Virus record (IMG/VR): IMGVR_UViG_3300013104_000016
Span: 1 to 40,524 of that record
From: a virus
Strand: one strand, 5' to 3'
Length of the DNA: 40,524 bases
Shown here: piece after piece, positions 28,328 through 37,670 of the stretch
Position numbering within the stretch: position 1 is the first letter of the stretch
Layout of the letters: the number at the start of each line of letters is the position of its first letter
Notes under the pieces: model-generated
Told to the model about the DNA's origin: nothing
The model's database searches: none
Seen by the model: the letters and a program-made list of their open reading frames with translations, nothing else
Translations under genes and position numbers: made by a program

Positions 28328-30349
28328 CAGGCCGCCGCCAACCAGCGAATTGAACTGAGCCTTGAGCAGTTCGGGGTCCATGTAATTGCGCGATGCCATC
28401 GCATTGACGACCTTCGGCGAAGTCACTGCTCTAGCGAGGCCATAGGTCCCAAGCAGGCCAGCACCTGCTGCAAGAGGAACGGCGGGGCTCATGAGGCCCC
28501 CAGCAGCAGCGGCACCACCACCGGCCACAGCGCCAAGAACGCCGCGAGCGGCCAAGTTCGCACCAGTGCCAGATGGGTTAGCCCACATCTTCGACGTGTC
28601 GCGCATCATGCTCGTAGCACGCGCAACGCTATCCACCGCATCCTTAACCTGGGCCGAGTTCTTGAAGCCGGAGAACATTTCCGACCGGGTGGCTGGCGTC
28701 ATCTTGTTCCAGTTGGTCAGGAACGTTTCTGGGCTCCAAGCTGTACCAACGTCGTTCTGAACGCCATTGGTTGCCTTGCCAAGCTTTTCGATGATCGTTC
28801 CTGCTGCTGCGCCACGCGCATCTTCTGGAAGTGATTTCTTGACGGCCTGTAGCGTTGAGAGGTTGTCTTCGGCAGACTTTGCATACATGCGGAAAGCCTG
28901 TTCTGGCGTCTTCGCATCGGCGAATGGCGCAACCCTTTCCGTCCTGTCCATGGTGGCTCGGTTGTAGTTGTTGGCACGATTGAATGCTGCCGTCGCATCC
29001 GGGCCGACCTGGGCGGCAGCACCACGCATGTCCTCTGACAGCGCCCCATAAAGGGGGTTCCACTTGCTGCGCGGAACATCGCTCATGATGGTGTTGTCGG
29101 AGATCTCTCGTCCGACAGCGCTGCGCAGCTGCTTAACCGCGGTGAATGGAAGTTGATTCGAAGACTCTGGCACCGACACGACAACAGGCGGGTTCATCAA
29201 GCCACCGCCGCCGCGCACTGCAGTGCCGGCTGTATCCGCCTCCATTGCCTTGCCAATCCCCAACATGCGTGCGTTCTGGAACATGGGCGAAAGATTCGGC
29301 GCACCCTCAATGACGGGGTTCAAGGCGGCAATCGTGCTTTTCGTGCGGCTCACGTCTACAGGTGTTTGCGCAGGAATTTCCCTGCCCAGGTTGTCGTAGA
29401 GCTTCTCAGTGGTCAGCTTCGTCTGATCGCGGAAGTTCTGGTTAAGCCCCTTCTGAATCGACATGCCAGCTTCGAGAGAACCGCGATTCGCCGAGGCGGC
29501 CTCTGCCGCGTTCTGCGCCGTGTTCTGCAGACCGCCGATTGCCGAATCTCTGGCCTTGGACATCACATTGATGGCGCCAGGCGTGCTTTGCAGCAAATTC
29601 TCGACGCCGCCGATTACCTTGTTGCCAGAAGCGAGTCCCAGCGTCGGGTTTTCGATGCCAGAATTTTTGAGATCTTGGATGCGCTGTTCCATGATCTGGC
29701 GCCCCTTTTCTCCCCCCCGTACTGCAGCCTGCACCGCGCTAGTGCCATACTGCTGAGCCAACAAGGGCGACATGCCAGCCGCGATAGCCAGAGGTGTACT
29801 GCCCGTAGAGTCATAGGCAAGCTTTCCTGCCGCTGAACCGCCGACAGCCACGAGTGCCTGATTTGCCGCTTGCTGCCACGAGTTGGGAGAGATCACCCCA
29901 GCGAGGGCACCTCCAGCGTTTTGGATATAGCCGCCTTGATAGTCGGGGTTCACGGCATCCACCATCAACCTGCCAGGCGCAGTTTGACGCGCCTTGTCCA
30001 GCAGATACTCGCCAGAGCCGACGACATTCTTCCGATCCTGCGGAATGAGCCACGACGGCGCATCTTTACCAGTCAATGCCATGTACGGCGCACCAACTGC
30101 AGCCTTGCCAAGGTCTAGGACATTGGCAACTGTGTCTACGGGAAGGCCCGCAAGCCGCACGAGAGCCTGCTGAAAACCAGTGCCTAGTGCGTTGCCAGAA
30201 TCGAGAAGCACAGAGCCCGTGCCTTTTGCCTTTTCCTCTTTCGTAGGCATTTGGGCAGGCGTCGGGGTAAAGATCGATGGATCAAACCCAGCAGGGGCAG
30301 ACGTAGCGGCGGCAGGAGCGCCGAAAATATCTTGGTCGTAGCCGCTCAT
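28313..30349 (-). CDS. Large internal virion / ejection protein (678 aa)
   Basis: Gly/Ala-rich with predicted C-terminal hydrophobic segments. ATGA-coupled to the transglycosylase protein. Confidence 0.65.
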   Translation of the reverse strand: MSGYDQDIFGAPAAATSAPAGFDPSIFTPTPAQMPTKEEKAKGTGSVLLDSGNALGTGFQQALVRLAGLPVDTVANVLDLGKAAVGAPYMALTGKDAPSWLIPQDRKNVVGSGEYLLDKARQTAPGRLMVDAVNPDYQGGYIQNAGGALAGVISPNSWQQAANQALVAVGGSAAGKLAYDSTGSTPLAIAAGMSPLLAQQYGTSAVQAAVRGGEKGRQIMEQRIQDLKNSGIENPTLGLASGNKVIGGVENLLQSTPGAINVMSKARDSAIGGLQNTAQNAAEAASANRGSLEAGMSIQKGLNQNFRDQTKLTTEKLYDNLGREIPAQTPVDVSRTKSTIAALNPVIEGAPNLSPMFQNARMLGIGKAMEADTAGTAVRGGGGLMNPPVVVSVPESSNQLPFTAVKQLRSAVGREISDNTIMSDVPRSKWNPLYGALSEDMRGAAAQVGPDATAAFNRANNYNRATMDRTERVAPFADAKTPEQAFRMYAKSAEDNLSTLQAVKKSLPEDARGAAAGTIIEKLGKATNGVQNDVGTAWSPETFLTNWNKMTPATRSEMFSGFKNSAQVKDAVDSVARATSMMRDTSKMWANPSGTGANLAARGVLGAVAGGGAAAAGGLMSPAVPLAAGAGLLGTYGLARAVTSPKVVNAMASRNYMDPELLKAQFNSLVGGGLLDQR

Positions 30350-32163
30350 TGTGCAAATAGCGGGTTAGCGCTAGACCATGCAGAGAGTTGCGAATAGAAG
30401 CCGTTGTCTAGCTTGCCGTACTTCGCCTCATACTTCCGCGCGAAATCGGACACCTGTTGATTTCGCTTTTCGATGGCGATGCCAGAGGTGATGATCTGCT
30501 TCCGGCCTTGTGCGGTCTGGCCGATGTCAGGCGTCATGCTGGACAAGAAGTTCCGGTCCGCATCGGACAACGCACCAGGCATGCCAGCTCCGCCCGCAGG
30601 GTTGCGAAGCGAAAGCGCAATCTCACGGCTCATGGCTTGCGCGGCCTCTTTGTTGGGCAGGTTCTTATCCACCTTGATGCCAAGCGAATTCATTGCACTC
30701 GCGAAGTCCACACCTGTCTGAGACAGCTTGCCGCCTTCAAAATCGCCCAGCAGCTTATCGATCTGCTGCAACTTGGCGATCTTGCTCGGCGCGACGAACC
30801 CAGCATTCATGATCGACTTGCGCTGCTCGACCTGATCCTTGGCGACATTGGTTTGATATTCCTTGTCCGCCGCTGCCGCATTGGTTTCACCAACAGACGG
30901 GCCTGCAGCCATGTTCCCCGCAGGAGCTGCGGCAACTTGCGTTGCGGGTTGACCTTGTCCCAAGCCATTCACAGCGGTGCGCGTCATCACCGCCGACACA
31001 TAGTTCTTGGTCTCGGGAGGCAGCTTTGCATAATCGCCACCAGCCTTCAGCCACGCATCCGTGTTGCCAGGACCCCAGTTATAGGCAATCGCTGCGAGCG
31101 TCGGGTTTTGGTACTTCTGGCTCAGCGCTGCCAAATACTCTTGGCCGACGCGCACGCGCTCAGCTTCACTGCCATCCTTTGCCGGCGCAACACCAAACCC
31201 TGGCGCTGCATTCGTGGTCGGCATGACTTGCATGATGCCCTGCGCGCCCTTAGACGAAACCGCATTCGGATTGCCGCCGCTCTCGGTTTGGATCACAGCG
31301 TCAATCATTGGGTTGCCGGTACGCTGCATCAGTGCGCGCGGAACTCCGCCGCCAACCACAGCGCCCTCAGACGTGAATTCCTCACGCTGCGTGGCAGGGT
31401 TGTAGACCTTGATCGGCTTGTAGTTCGCCTGGGCGCCTTGATAAGCCGAATATGTGTCCACCGCCCCGCGCGGAGCCGAAACAACCGGCTGACCGTCAGG
31501 CCCAATCTGAACCATCGACGCCTTGCCATCCTGCGACATGTTCAGTTGCGGCAAGAAAGTGCCCGACTGCAGCTTGTTCTTGTCGTAGGCGTAGCCATTC
31601 GCGACCTGCATGTCGGGCGTGCCGCGCTTGGCCACCATCTCAGCGATCCCTTTTCCGCCGTTGAACACGAGGTCGTACTTCAGTGCCTCTGCGGGAATGC
31701 CGTATTGCTTGGACATGGCATCGAGCGTACCGGCGCTTTGTTGCGGTAGCGCGCTCGGCATGCCTGCCACCGATGAGCCCGAGCCATTGGGAATGGTCGG
31801 CGCAGCGCCAGCAACTGGCGGCGTTGTCGGCATCACCCCAGACGCGGATGCAGTAGATGCAGGCGTTGCCATCGTCGGATTGGGGTCGAACCCAAGCAAT
31901 TGGTTCTGCATCGCCATCTGTCGCTGAGCCATCGCCAGTTGCTGCTTGCGCATCGCATCCTGGCTGGTGTTCTCATTGATCTGCGATTGCAGCAGCTTGT
32001 TCTTAAGCGCCTGCTGTGCCTGTGCATCCATGCCCTGCATCGCACCTTGCAGGCGTTGCCCAAAGCTAGTTCGGTTGGGATCGGTAGTCGGCCCACCAGC
32101 AGCCAGCAAGCCAATCCCTAGCTGTGCATCTGGCGACTGGAGAAAGTCAAGAATTCCGGCCAT
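30346..32163 (-). CDS. Internal virion protein with a lytic transglycosylase (SLT) domain (605 aa)
   Basis: SLT motif VIQTESGGNPNAVSSKGAQGIMQVM...AYNWGPGN. Confidence 0.8.
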   Translation of the reverse strand: MAGILDFLQSPDAQLGIGLLAAGGPTTDPNRTSFGQRLQGAMQGMDAQAQQALKNKLLQSQINENTSQDAMRKQQLAMAQRQMAMQNQLLGFDPNPTMATPASTASASGVMPTTPPVAGAAPTIPNGSGSSVAGMPSALPQQSAGTLDAMSKQYGIPAEALKYDLVFNGGKGIAEMVAKRGTPDMQVANGYAYDKNKLQSGTFLPQLNMSQDGKASMVQIGPDGQPVVSAPRGAVDTYSAYQGAQANYKPIKVYNPATQREEFTSEGAVVGGGVPRALMQRTGNPMIDAVIQTESGGNPNAVSSKGAQGIMQVMPTTNAAPGFGVAPAKDGSEAERVRVGQEYLAALSQKYQNPTLAAIAYNWGPGNTDAWLKAGGDYAKLPPETKNYVSAVMTRTAVNGLGQGQPATQVAAAPAGNMAAGPSVGETNAAAADKEYQTNVAKDQVEQRKSIMNAGFVAPSKIAKLQQIDKLLGDFEGGKLSQTGVDFASAMNSLGIKVDKNLPNKEAAQAMSREIALSLRNPAGGAGMPGALSDADRNFLSSMTPDIGQTAQGRKQIITSGIAIEKRNQQVSDFARKYEAKYGKLDNGFYSQLSAWSSANPLFAQ

Positions 32164-32172
32164 GATCTTCCT

Positions 32173-32976
32173 TTACCAAGCCGTGTTGCCAGAAGCAGAA
32201 GCTGCAGCGTTTGCGCCAGTGTCTCCAATGCCGCCACCAGCCGGCGAGAAGTACCCGCCTCCAGAGGTCCAAAGAGAAGACAGCGGATTCGCTGCAGGCA
32301 TTTGATATGCACTCGCCTGACGCCCGTAGATGTTGTTGGGGTCGGCGCCACCGTTGGCGAAGTAGGCCGACATGTCCTGATACTGCTGCGTGCCCGGCTG
32401 AGGCATCGGCATGCCGTACTTGAACGTGCCATAGCCGCCCGTGCCGATCAAGCCTGTTTGGCCGTTCCCGCTTGTCGCAGTTGCGCCGCTGAGCATGTCC
32501 GACTGCTGCGTGAAATTGCCTGCCGGTTGCTGCGGCTGCTGAACCTGTGGCGTGTTCTGCATGGCAGAGGCGTTGTTTGCGCCGTTCGCGATCTGAGCCA
32601 GCAACCCCTTGGTCACGCCGTCGCTGGCGAAGTTGAAGGCAGTCGGGCGAGCGTTCGGGTTCGAGCGGTCGAAACCAAGTTTCTGGCCGCTGATCTGGCC
32701 GAGCAGGTCAGGCACCAGCGCACGCATGTAGGCGCTCTGGTTGTTCTGGTTGTTGTAGGCCTGATTCTGCAACTGGCTGAACGGCTGGTTCGTATAGGCG
32801 TTCTGCAGGTTTTGGCCTTGAACCAGGTTGTTCATGATCCACGGCTGCGCGGGAGCCCACGGCTCTTTGCTCTGCGTCTGCGTGCCGGCGCCGCCGTTCT
32901 TGTCACTGCCGCCACCGCTCATGAGCGCACCGCCAACAACACTCACGGCTGCACCACCGATTGCACCCCACGTCAT
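32173..32976 (-). CDS. Q/N/G-rich virion protein with an N-terminal transmembrane segment (267 aa)
   Basis: N-terminus WGAIGGAAVSVVGGALM, then a low-complexity Q/N/G-rich sequence. Confidence 0.65.
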   Translation of the reverse strand: MTWGAIGGAAVSVVGGALMSGGGSDKNGGAGTQTQSKEPWAPAQPWIMNNLVQGQNLQNAYTNQPFSQLQNQAYNNQNNQSAYMRALVPDLLGQISGQKLGFDRSNPNARPTAFNFASDGVTKGLLAQIANGANNASAMQNTPQVQQPQQPAGNFTQQSDMLSGATATSGNGQTGLIGTGGYGTFKYGMPMPQPGTQQYQDMSAYFANGGADPNNIYGRQASAYQMPAANPLSSLWTSGGGYFSPAGGGIGDTGANAAASASGNTAW

Positions 32977-33488
32977 GCTGTCACCTCGATTTGCTTCATG
33001 GTTTCCTCCTGCAGCCGGAACTGCTCGTACTCTTCAAAGTTCTTGGCAATGACTTCGTCTTCGATCTTTGCCAGGTCGGTTTCGTTGGTCAGATGAATGG
33101 TCGTCCACACCACATCGGTGAGCGCATGGACTGCGCGCTTGGTGCCGGGCGGCGAAACCATCGTCAGCGGGCCGGTCAGTTGCCGGTCGCCTTCGGTCTC
33201 GGTGATGACCAGCACGGTGCCCTGAGACAGGATGTTCAGATGCGCGTGCTTGTGGATCTTCCCGACGATCACGGTTCCAGCAGGGATAAACATCGTGCGG
33301 GCATATGCACCAGGTGCGAACACATGCTGCAGCGGGCAATCAACCTCAGGCAGCGTGCCTACAGCCTCTTGCAAGGCATAGAGACGCTTGCGGATGCCGC
33401 CATAGAGCGCACCCTGTACCTTGGCATCCTCAACGGCAAGTTCTCGCTTGCCGTGCATGTCACCACGATGGAATGGGACGATGTTCAT
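32973..33488 (-). CDS. Hypothetical beta-rich (cupin-like?) virion-module protein (171 aa)
   Basis: ATG at 33488 overlaps the upstream TGA (TGATG). The track ORF (to 33893) was trimmed because it overlaps the Q/N-rich gene. Confidence 0.6.
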   Translation of the reverse strand: MNIVPFHRGDMHGKRELAVEDAKVQGALYGGIRKRLYALQEAVGTLPEVDCPLQHVFAPGAYARTMFIPAGTVIVGKIHKHAHLNILSQGTVLVITETEGDRQLTGPLTMVSPPGTKRAVHALTDVVWTTIHLTNETDLAKIEDEVIAKNFEEYEQFRLQEETMKQIEVTA

Positions 33489-34159
33489 CACTGACCGTTC
33501 GGGAAGCCGAGAGCGTCGTAGCCGGACGGCAGGTACTGCGTGCCCGTGTTGTACTGGCTGCCGTTGTCGTAGGCGTTCTGCTGGCTGTTCTGACGGTTCC
33601 ACCATCCCATTGCGGCCGAGCCGAGCTGGGCACCACCGAGCGCCGACGTGAACGGGTTGCTGGTCGTACCTTGCGTGTTCGTCTGCGTGCCGTAGCCTTG
33701 GCCCAGACCATTGGCAGCGTTGGAGAACTGAGACCAGTAGTTCAGCGGCGTGTTCTGGATGTTGTTCGCGTTCGTCAGGTCGTTCGCGTTGTAGCCTCCG
33801 AGCGTCCCGAGCAGCCCAATCCCCGTGGTGAGGTTGTTCATGTTCTGCGAGTAGGCATCGTTGTAGAGGTTGCGGTTGAACCCCTGATCCCACTGATACA
33901 TGTTCTGCTGCTGGTTGTAGTCCTGCATGCGCATGGACGCATCCGTCGCACCCAGAGCCCGCTGCTGCAGGTAGTTGGCGTTGTCGTTCATCTGCTGAAC
34001 GCCGGAATTCCCGAAGGAACCGGAACGCACCATTGCGCTGTTGTAGGCCGGCTGGGTCGTCAGGTTGTACTGACGGGTCATGTCTCCCAGCGTGTTGTCG
34101 ATGTTCTGCTGCAGATACGGGTTCTGCGCCCCAAGGTAGGGGTTGGAAGAGTCAGCCAT
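33488..34159 (-). CDS. Q/N-rich low-complexity virion protein (223 aa)
   Basis: Roughly a third of residues are Q or N, by eye. Preceded by GNRA-hairpin/SD element copy 2. Confidence 0.65.
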   Translation of the reverse strand: MADSSNPYLGAQNPYLQQNIDNTLGDMTRQYNLTTQPAYNSAMVRSGSFGNSGVQQMNDNANYLQQRALGATDASMRMQDYNQQQNMYQWDQGFNRNLYNDAYSQNMNNLTTGIGLLGTLGGYNANDLTNANNIQNTPLNYWSQFSNAANGLGQGYGTQTNTQGTTSNPFTSALGGAQLGSAAMGWWNRQNSQQNAYDNGSQYNTGTQYLPSGYDALGFPNGQ

Positions 34160-34164
34160 GTTTT

Positions 34165-34187
34165 CTCCAGCGCATCACTGCGTTAGG
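34165..34187 (-). promoter_or_regulatory. GNRA-hairpin/SD element copy 2
   Basis: Minus strand CCTAA-CGCA-GTGA-TGCG-CTGGAG, then 5 nt, then ATG. Confidence 0.5.
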
Positions 34188-34189
34188 TT

Positions 34190-34510
34190 TCAATTTCCTG
34201 TGAGAGTCCGAACGGGGAGCAAAGTGCCCGGCGATCCGCCCACTGTGCACACCCAACCGAGCACAACGAATTTGCTGCCAGCAGTGCCAGCTTCGACCGG
34301 CGCACTGTTCTTGATGAAGTCGCCCTGCTTGAACATCCCGGTTGTTGGGATGGTCGATGAGGTGAAATCATTCCCAGCAATACGGCCATCGCCGATCTGG
34401 TTCACCTTCTGCGCGATATTCCGGAACAGGCGCGAGAGAACGAAATTCAGATCGCCAGAGTACTTCGTGTCCTGCCCCAAAGGCAGTTGCGGGTTTTCTT
34501 CGAGCCTCAT
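34190..34510 (-). CDS. Hypothetical virion protein (106 aa)
   Basis: ATGA overlap with the upstream tail protein gene. Confidence 0.6.
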   Translation of the reverse strand: MRLEENPQLPLGQDTKYSGDLNFVLSRLFRNIAQKVNQIGDGRIAGNDFTSSTIPTTGMFKQGDFIKNSAPVEAGTAGSKFVVLGWVCTVGGSPGTLLPVRTLTGN

Positions 34511-35961
34511 CGCATGCCCACCTTGATCGGCTTGGCATCAAAGGCGTATTCCTTATGGTTGCCGGTGAAGTCGAACCTGATCCGATGAAAACGCCCCGAC
34601 TGCCGGAGATCGAACTTGCCGTCGTTGATTGCATTCGTCGGCCCAGTGATGAGCACATCACCTTCGTTCATCTTGAAGAAGCCGGTAGCTGATGCAGTCG
34701 TCGGAGACGCCTCAAAACGGATTCGCGCACGCTCAAGCATCGTTACCGTGTCGTCGTCGCCCATGTCACCAGTCGTGAAGCTCGATGCTCCAGTGGCGCC
34801 ATTCAGCGTCACCAGTTGGTTTGAGCTGTTGAAGAAGGCCGGGACCTGTCCGCCAGCCAGCCAGAACTGAGAGTCCACCGGGATGTTTGGCAGTGCATCG
34901 ATGGTCGCTGCATAGGCGTCCATGCCGTCAATCGTCACGCCAGGCGCGATGTAGTTGACCGGCGCCTGAATCGTCTGGTCGTTACGACCCCATTGCTTCT
35001 TGAGGACGTGATAGACCAGCGTCGAATCGCATACGCCATTCGAGTTGAGCGACGGGTAGAACACGCGAACCAGATTGCTCTGCTTGTCGTAGATCGCCTT
35101 CGTGCGGTAGCGATAGACAGGGCTGGAGTTGTCAAGGAACCACTGCCGCACGACGCCCGTGCCGATGGGGATCGGTCGCGTTCCATCAAAGAGCCAAAAG
35201 TTGTCGTTCGAGACGATGAAATGAGCGCCGCCGATGTCGCAGACGGATTCAAGGCCGCATGCTCCAGCCTCACCACCAGGGATGAGATTCCACTGCCAGA
35301 CCACTGGAGAACCAGCAAAGCTGCCGACGAAGATCGCGCGATTCTTGTAGGCCACCACATAGTCACCCAGTGTCAGTGCCGCTTGAATGGCTCCTTCGAC
35401 GGCCACAAGGCGGCCCGTAGTGGCCAGCGTGGCGACATTGGGTGTCCAGCTCGTCTGGTCGCTCTGCGCGCAGCACCACCACCTGTCCGGCGAAACCCCG
35501 TAGGTGCCGTCGTTAGTGTTGAATGCGATGACGAAATTGTTTGAGGCGCTGACCACGATCTTTGCCTTCGGAGCGCCCGAGATGGCCGCAAAGGCGCCCG
35601 ATGCCGATGACTGCATGGCATCCGTCAAATTAGTGGTGACAGTCGTGTCGCCGAACTGGCAGAACGACCAACGCGACTCGCTGGAGCCCACGTAGTTACC
35701 CGCTGCGCTGCGGTCCGTCCAAGTCGTGCCGTTCAACTCGTAGAGCTTCGTCTGCGTGCCCGCGAAGATGCGACGTGAGCCGTCTAGCTTCGTTGCAACC
35801 ACGGATCCTCGCGCCTCTGCGGCCAGAGTGGCCGCCGTGGTGGCTGCAGGAGTCGGAGCGCCCTTGAACCCGCCTTCGTAGGGCACGACGTTCGAGCAAT
35901 CAACCAGCACCCCGGGTGAGGTGCGGTCGCTGTCTGGCGAAAACCCTGCAATGGGGGTCAT
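34507..35961 (-). CDS. Tail (tubular/nozzle-like) structural protein (484 aa)
   Basis: ATGA overlap at 35961-35958. Beta-rich with repeated WxxR/GxT strands. Sits after the adaptor-like gene. Functional call by position only. Confidence 0.55.
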   Translation of the reverse strand: MTPIAGFSPDSDRTSPGVLVDCSNVVPYEGGFKGAPTPAATTAATLAAEARGSVVATKLDGSRRIFAGTQTKLYELNGTTWTDRSAAGNYVGSSESRWSFCQFGDTTVTTNLTDAMQSSASGAFAAISGAPKAKIVVSASNNFVIAFNTNDGTYGVSPDRWWCCAQSDQTSWTPNVATLATTGRLVAVEGAIQAALTLGDYVVAYKNRAIFVGSFAGSPVVWQWNLIPGGEAGACGLESVCDIGGAHFIVSNDNFWLFDGTRPIPIGTGVVRQWFLDNSSPVYRYRTKAIYDKQSNLVRVFYPSLNSNGVCDSTLVYHVLKKQWGRNDQTIQAPVNYIAPGVTIDGMDAYAATIDALPNIPVDSQFWLAGGQVPAFFNSSNQLVTLNGATGASSFTTGDMGDDDTVTMLERARIRFEASPTTASATGFFKMNEGDVLITGPTNAINDGKFDLRQSGRFHRIRFDFTGNHKEYAFDAKPIKVGMR

Positions 35962-36575
35962 ATCGTCTTGACCCTCAGCGCAGAACCGCTGTGCGTTGCT
36001 TCGTCGTCTTGATCCTGCAGCGTCTTGACTTCCTGCTTGAACAGGCCATCCCACTGCGCGGCGCCGGCTGCATCCTTGGTGAAGAACGCTCCCTCACGCA
36101 TGCAGGCGTACAGGTAGATGTTGGGGTGATTCGTCAGCAGCCAGTTGGCCCCCACACTGACCAGAGATGGGAAACGGGCGTAGTACATGACGTTGACCGT
36201 GTAGGCCGAGTCAGGCGTAGGCCCGAGCAGGATGTTGGCGCCTTCAATCGTGTAGACGAACGGGCGCCCGGCGTATCCGGCTTCCGGATACTTCACGTCC
36301 ATGTGCTCAATGTTCACGTACTGGCAGGCAGTCTCTGGCGTGCCGGCAATCGAGACGTTTTCAAACTCCAGCCAATCGGTCGGCAAAGCAACTGCACGGG
36401 TAGTGGTCGAAGTGGTGAGCGTCGTCGTCACCAACTGCGTGCGCAGGCGAAGCTCTCGCGCGATCCTGCTTTCAGCGATGGACACGAAGTCGGGAATGGT
36501 TGCCGACAGGTCCGTGCGGTTCATCCATGACGCAACCGAGGCCAGCAAGCCGCTGTAGGTGCCGTCGAGTGCCAT
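35958..36575 (-). CDS. Head-tail adaptor/neck-like protein (205 aa)
   Basis: N-terminal pattern Y..LLASVASWMNRTDL...IPDFVSIAESRIAREL, common in podovirus neck proteins. Position between the head and tail genes. Confidence 0.5.
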   Translation of the reverse strand: MALDGTYSGLLASVASWMNRTDLSATIPDFVSIAESRIARELRLRTQLVTTTLTTSTTTRAVALPTDWLEFENVSIAGTPETACQYVNIEHMDVKYPEAGYAGRPFVYTIEGANILLGPTPDSAYTVNVMYYARFPSLVSVGANWLLTNHPNIYLYACMREGAFFTKDAAGAAQWDGLFKQEVKTLQDQDDEATHSGSALRVKTI

Positions 36576-36578
36576 GGA

Positions 36579-36866
36579 TTACACCTTGCCCGGCCAGACC
36601 CGGAAATGGGCCAACGCAGGGTCATTCAACATGCGCTTGATGTGCTCTTTATTGGCCGACCACTCAGTAAAGCTGATGTTGTTGTCGTTGCAGTACTTCT
36701 CCACCATCACGAGCGGGAGCGACGCTGCCAAGCGCATCTCGGAAGAGCCATGATGGCCTTCCCGCTGACGTGCCTTGGTGTACTCGGCAATCGGCGTGCA
36801 GTCCTGCACGTTCTCGATGACCAGCTTGTCGCCCTGCGCATGCAGGTTGGTCTGCATGCCGCTCAT
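36579..36866 (-). CDS. Hypothetical head-module protein (95 aa)
   Basis: ATG overlaps the upstream TAA (TAATG). Track ORF trimmed from 36956. Confidence 0.55.
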   Translation of the reverse strand: MSGMQTNLHAQGDKLVIENVQDCTPIAEYTKARQREGHHGSSEMRLAASLPLVMVEKYCNDNNISFTEWSANKEHIKRMLNDPALAHFRVWPGKV

Positions 36867-37174
36867 TAGCTGTTCTCCAGTGGAACGACGTTGACCTTGC
36901 CAGCGGACGTACCTTGGATGTAGGCGATGTTCGTCGCACCGTTCACTGCCAGCCAAATGCTGTCAGCAGGCTGAACGAGGATGTCATTCGCCGTGGCGGT
37001 CACGGTGACATCGCCGAGCTTCACATACGACTCGTTGATAGCGGCCACACGGATGTACCGTGGACGCTCGCCAGCCGAGTTCACGGGGATCGCGCTGCGA
37101 GCGGATGCAGCACCCGTGGCGGCGGTGAACCCGGTCGCCATGACCGTGATAGCACCTTCAAAGGTTTGGGACAT
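36866..37174 (-). CDS. Hypothetical head-module protein (102 aa)
   Basis: Preceded by GNRA-hairpin/SD element copy 3. Beta-rich. Confidence 0.6.
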   Translation of the reverse strand: MSQTFEGAITVMATGFTAATGAASARSAIPVNSAGERPRYIRVAAINESYVKLGDVTVTATANDILVQPADSIWLAVNGATNIAYIQGTSAGKVNVVPLENS

Positions 37175-37179
37175 TTGTG

Positions 37180-37202
37180 CTCCAGCGCTTCGCAGCGTTA
37201 GG
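37180..37202 (-). promoter_or_regulatory. GNRA-hairpin/SD element copy 3
   Basis: Minus strand CCTAA-CGCT-GCGA-AGCG-CTGGAG, then 5 nt, then ATG. 22 of 23 nt identical to copy 1. Confidence 0.5.
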
Positions 37203-37212
37203 AAAATGGAGA

Positions 37213-37230
37213 GAGGGGCCGAAGCCCCTC
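37213..37230 (-). terminator. Stable UUCG hairpin after the capsid/decoration genes (attenuator or mRNA stabiliser)
   Basis: Minus-strand RNA GAGGGGC-UUCG-GCCCCUC followed by UCUCCAUUUUCC. Confidence 0.5.
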
Positions 37231-37235
37231 CGGGA

Positions 37236-37661
37236 TCACGCCGGGCTTAGCGTGACGGTGATGTTGCCGACAGCTGAGGTAGGCGTGCCTGTCAGGCTGA
37301 AGTAGATCGAGTCACCGGCTGCGATCAACAGATCGGCAGCCGTGGTCGAAAGCGACAGCGTTTGAATTGCGCTCGCCGTGCCAACGAGGTTGTACGAGCC
37401 GGTATGCAGCGCTGTACCAGAGCCACCGGCAGTGCCCGAAGACACCTTCCGAACGACCATGGTGCAAGCGCCACCAGTGCCTGCCACGTCAACGCGACCG
37501 CGAATGGCCTGCACGACATACGAACGATCCGCCGTGAAGACGGAGCCGCTCGTGATCGTGGCGACGTAAGGCGTGGAAACTGGAACGTAGCCTCCGCTTC
37601 CAGCGTCTTTGCCCTCCATGCCGGCGGAGCCGTCGGCAAGCTGTTTGAGTTGTACGCCCAT
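37236..37661 (-). CDS. Capsid decoration/cement-like protein (141 aa)
   Basis: Immediately downstream of the major capsid gene. Beta-rich and Gly/Thr/Ser-rich. Confidence 0.55.
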   Translation of the reverse strand: MGVQLKQLADGSAGMEGKDAGSGGYVPVSTPYVATITSGSVFTADRSYVVQAIRGRVDVAGTGGACTMVVRKVSSGTAGGSGTALHTGSYNLVGTASAIQTLSLSTTAADLLIAAGDSIYFSLTGTPTSAVGNITVTLSPA

Positions 37662-37670
37662 GATGAATCC

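Noticed and set aside
32973-33893. 306-aa track ORF taken at full length. Similar long N-terminal extensions occur at 10056-10751, 10678-11250, 34507-36054, 25421-26026, 18139-19350 and 14749-15456.
   Set aside because: The upstream parts overlap the preceding genes in another frame and are Arg/Pro-rich. Internal starts that form ATGA or TGATG junctions, or that follow good RBSs, give sensible proteins, so the ORFs were trimmed.
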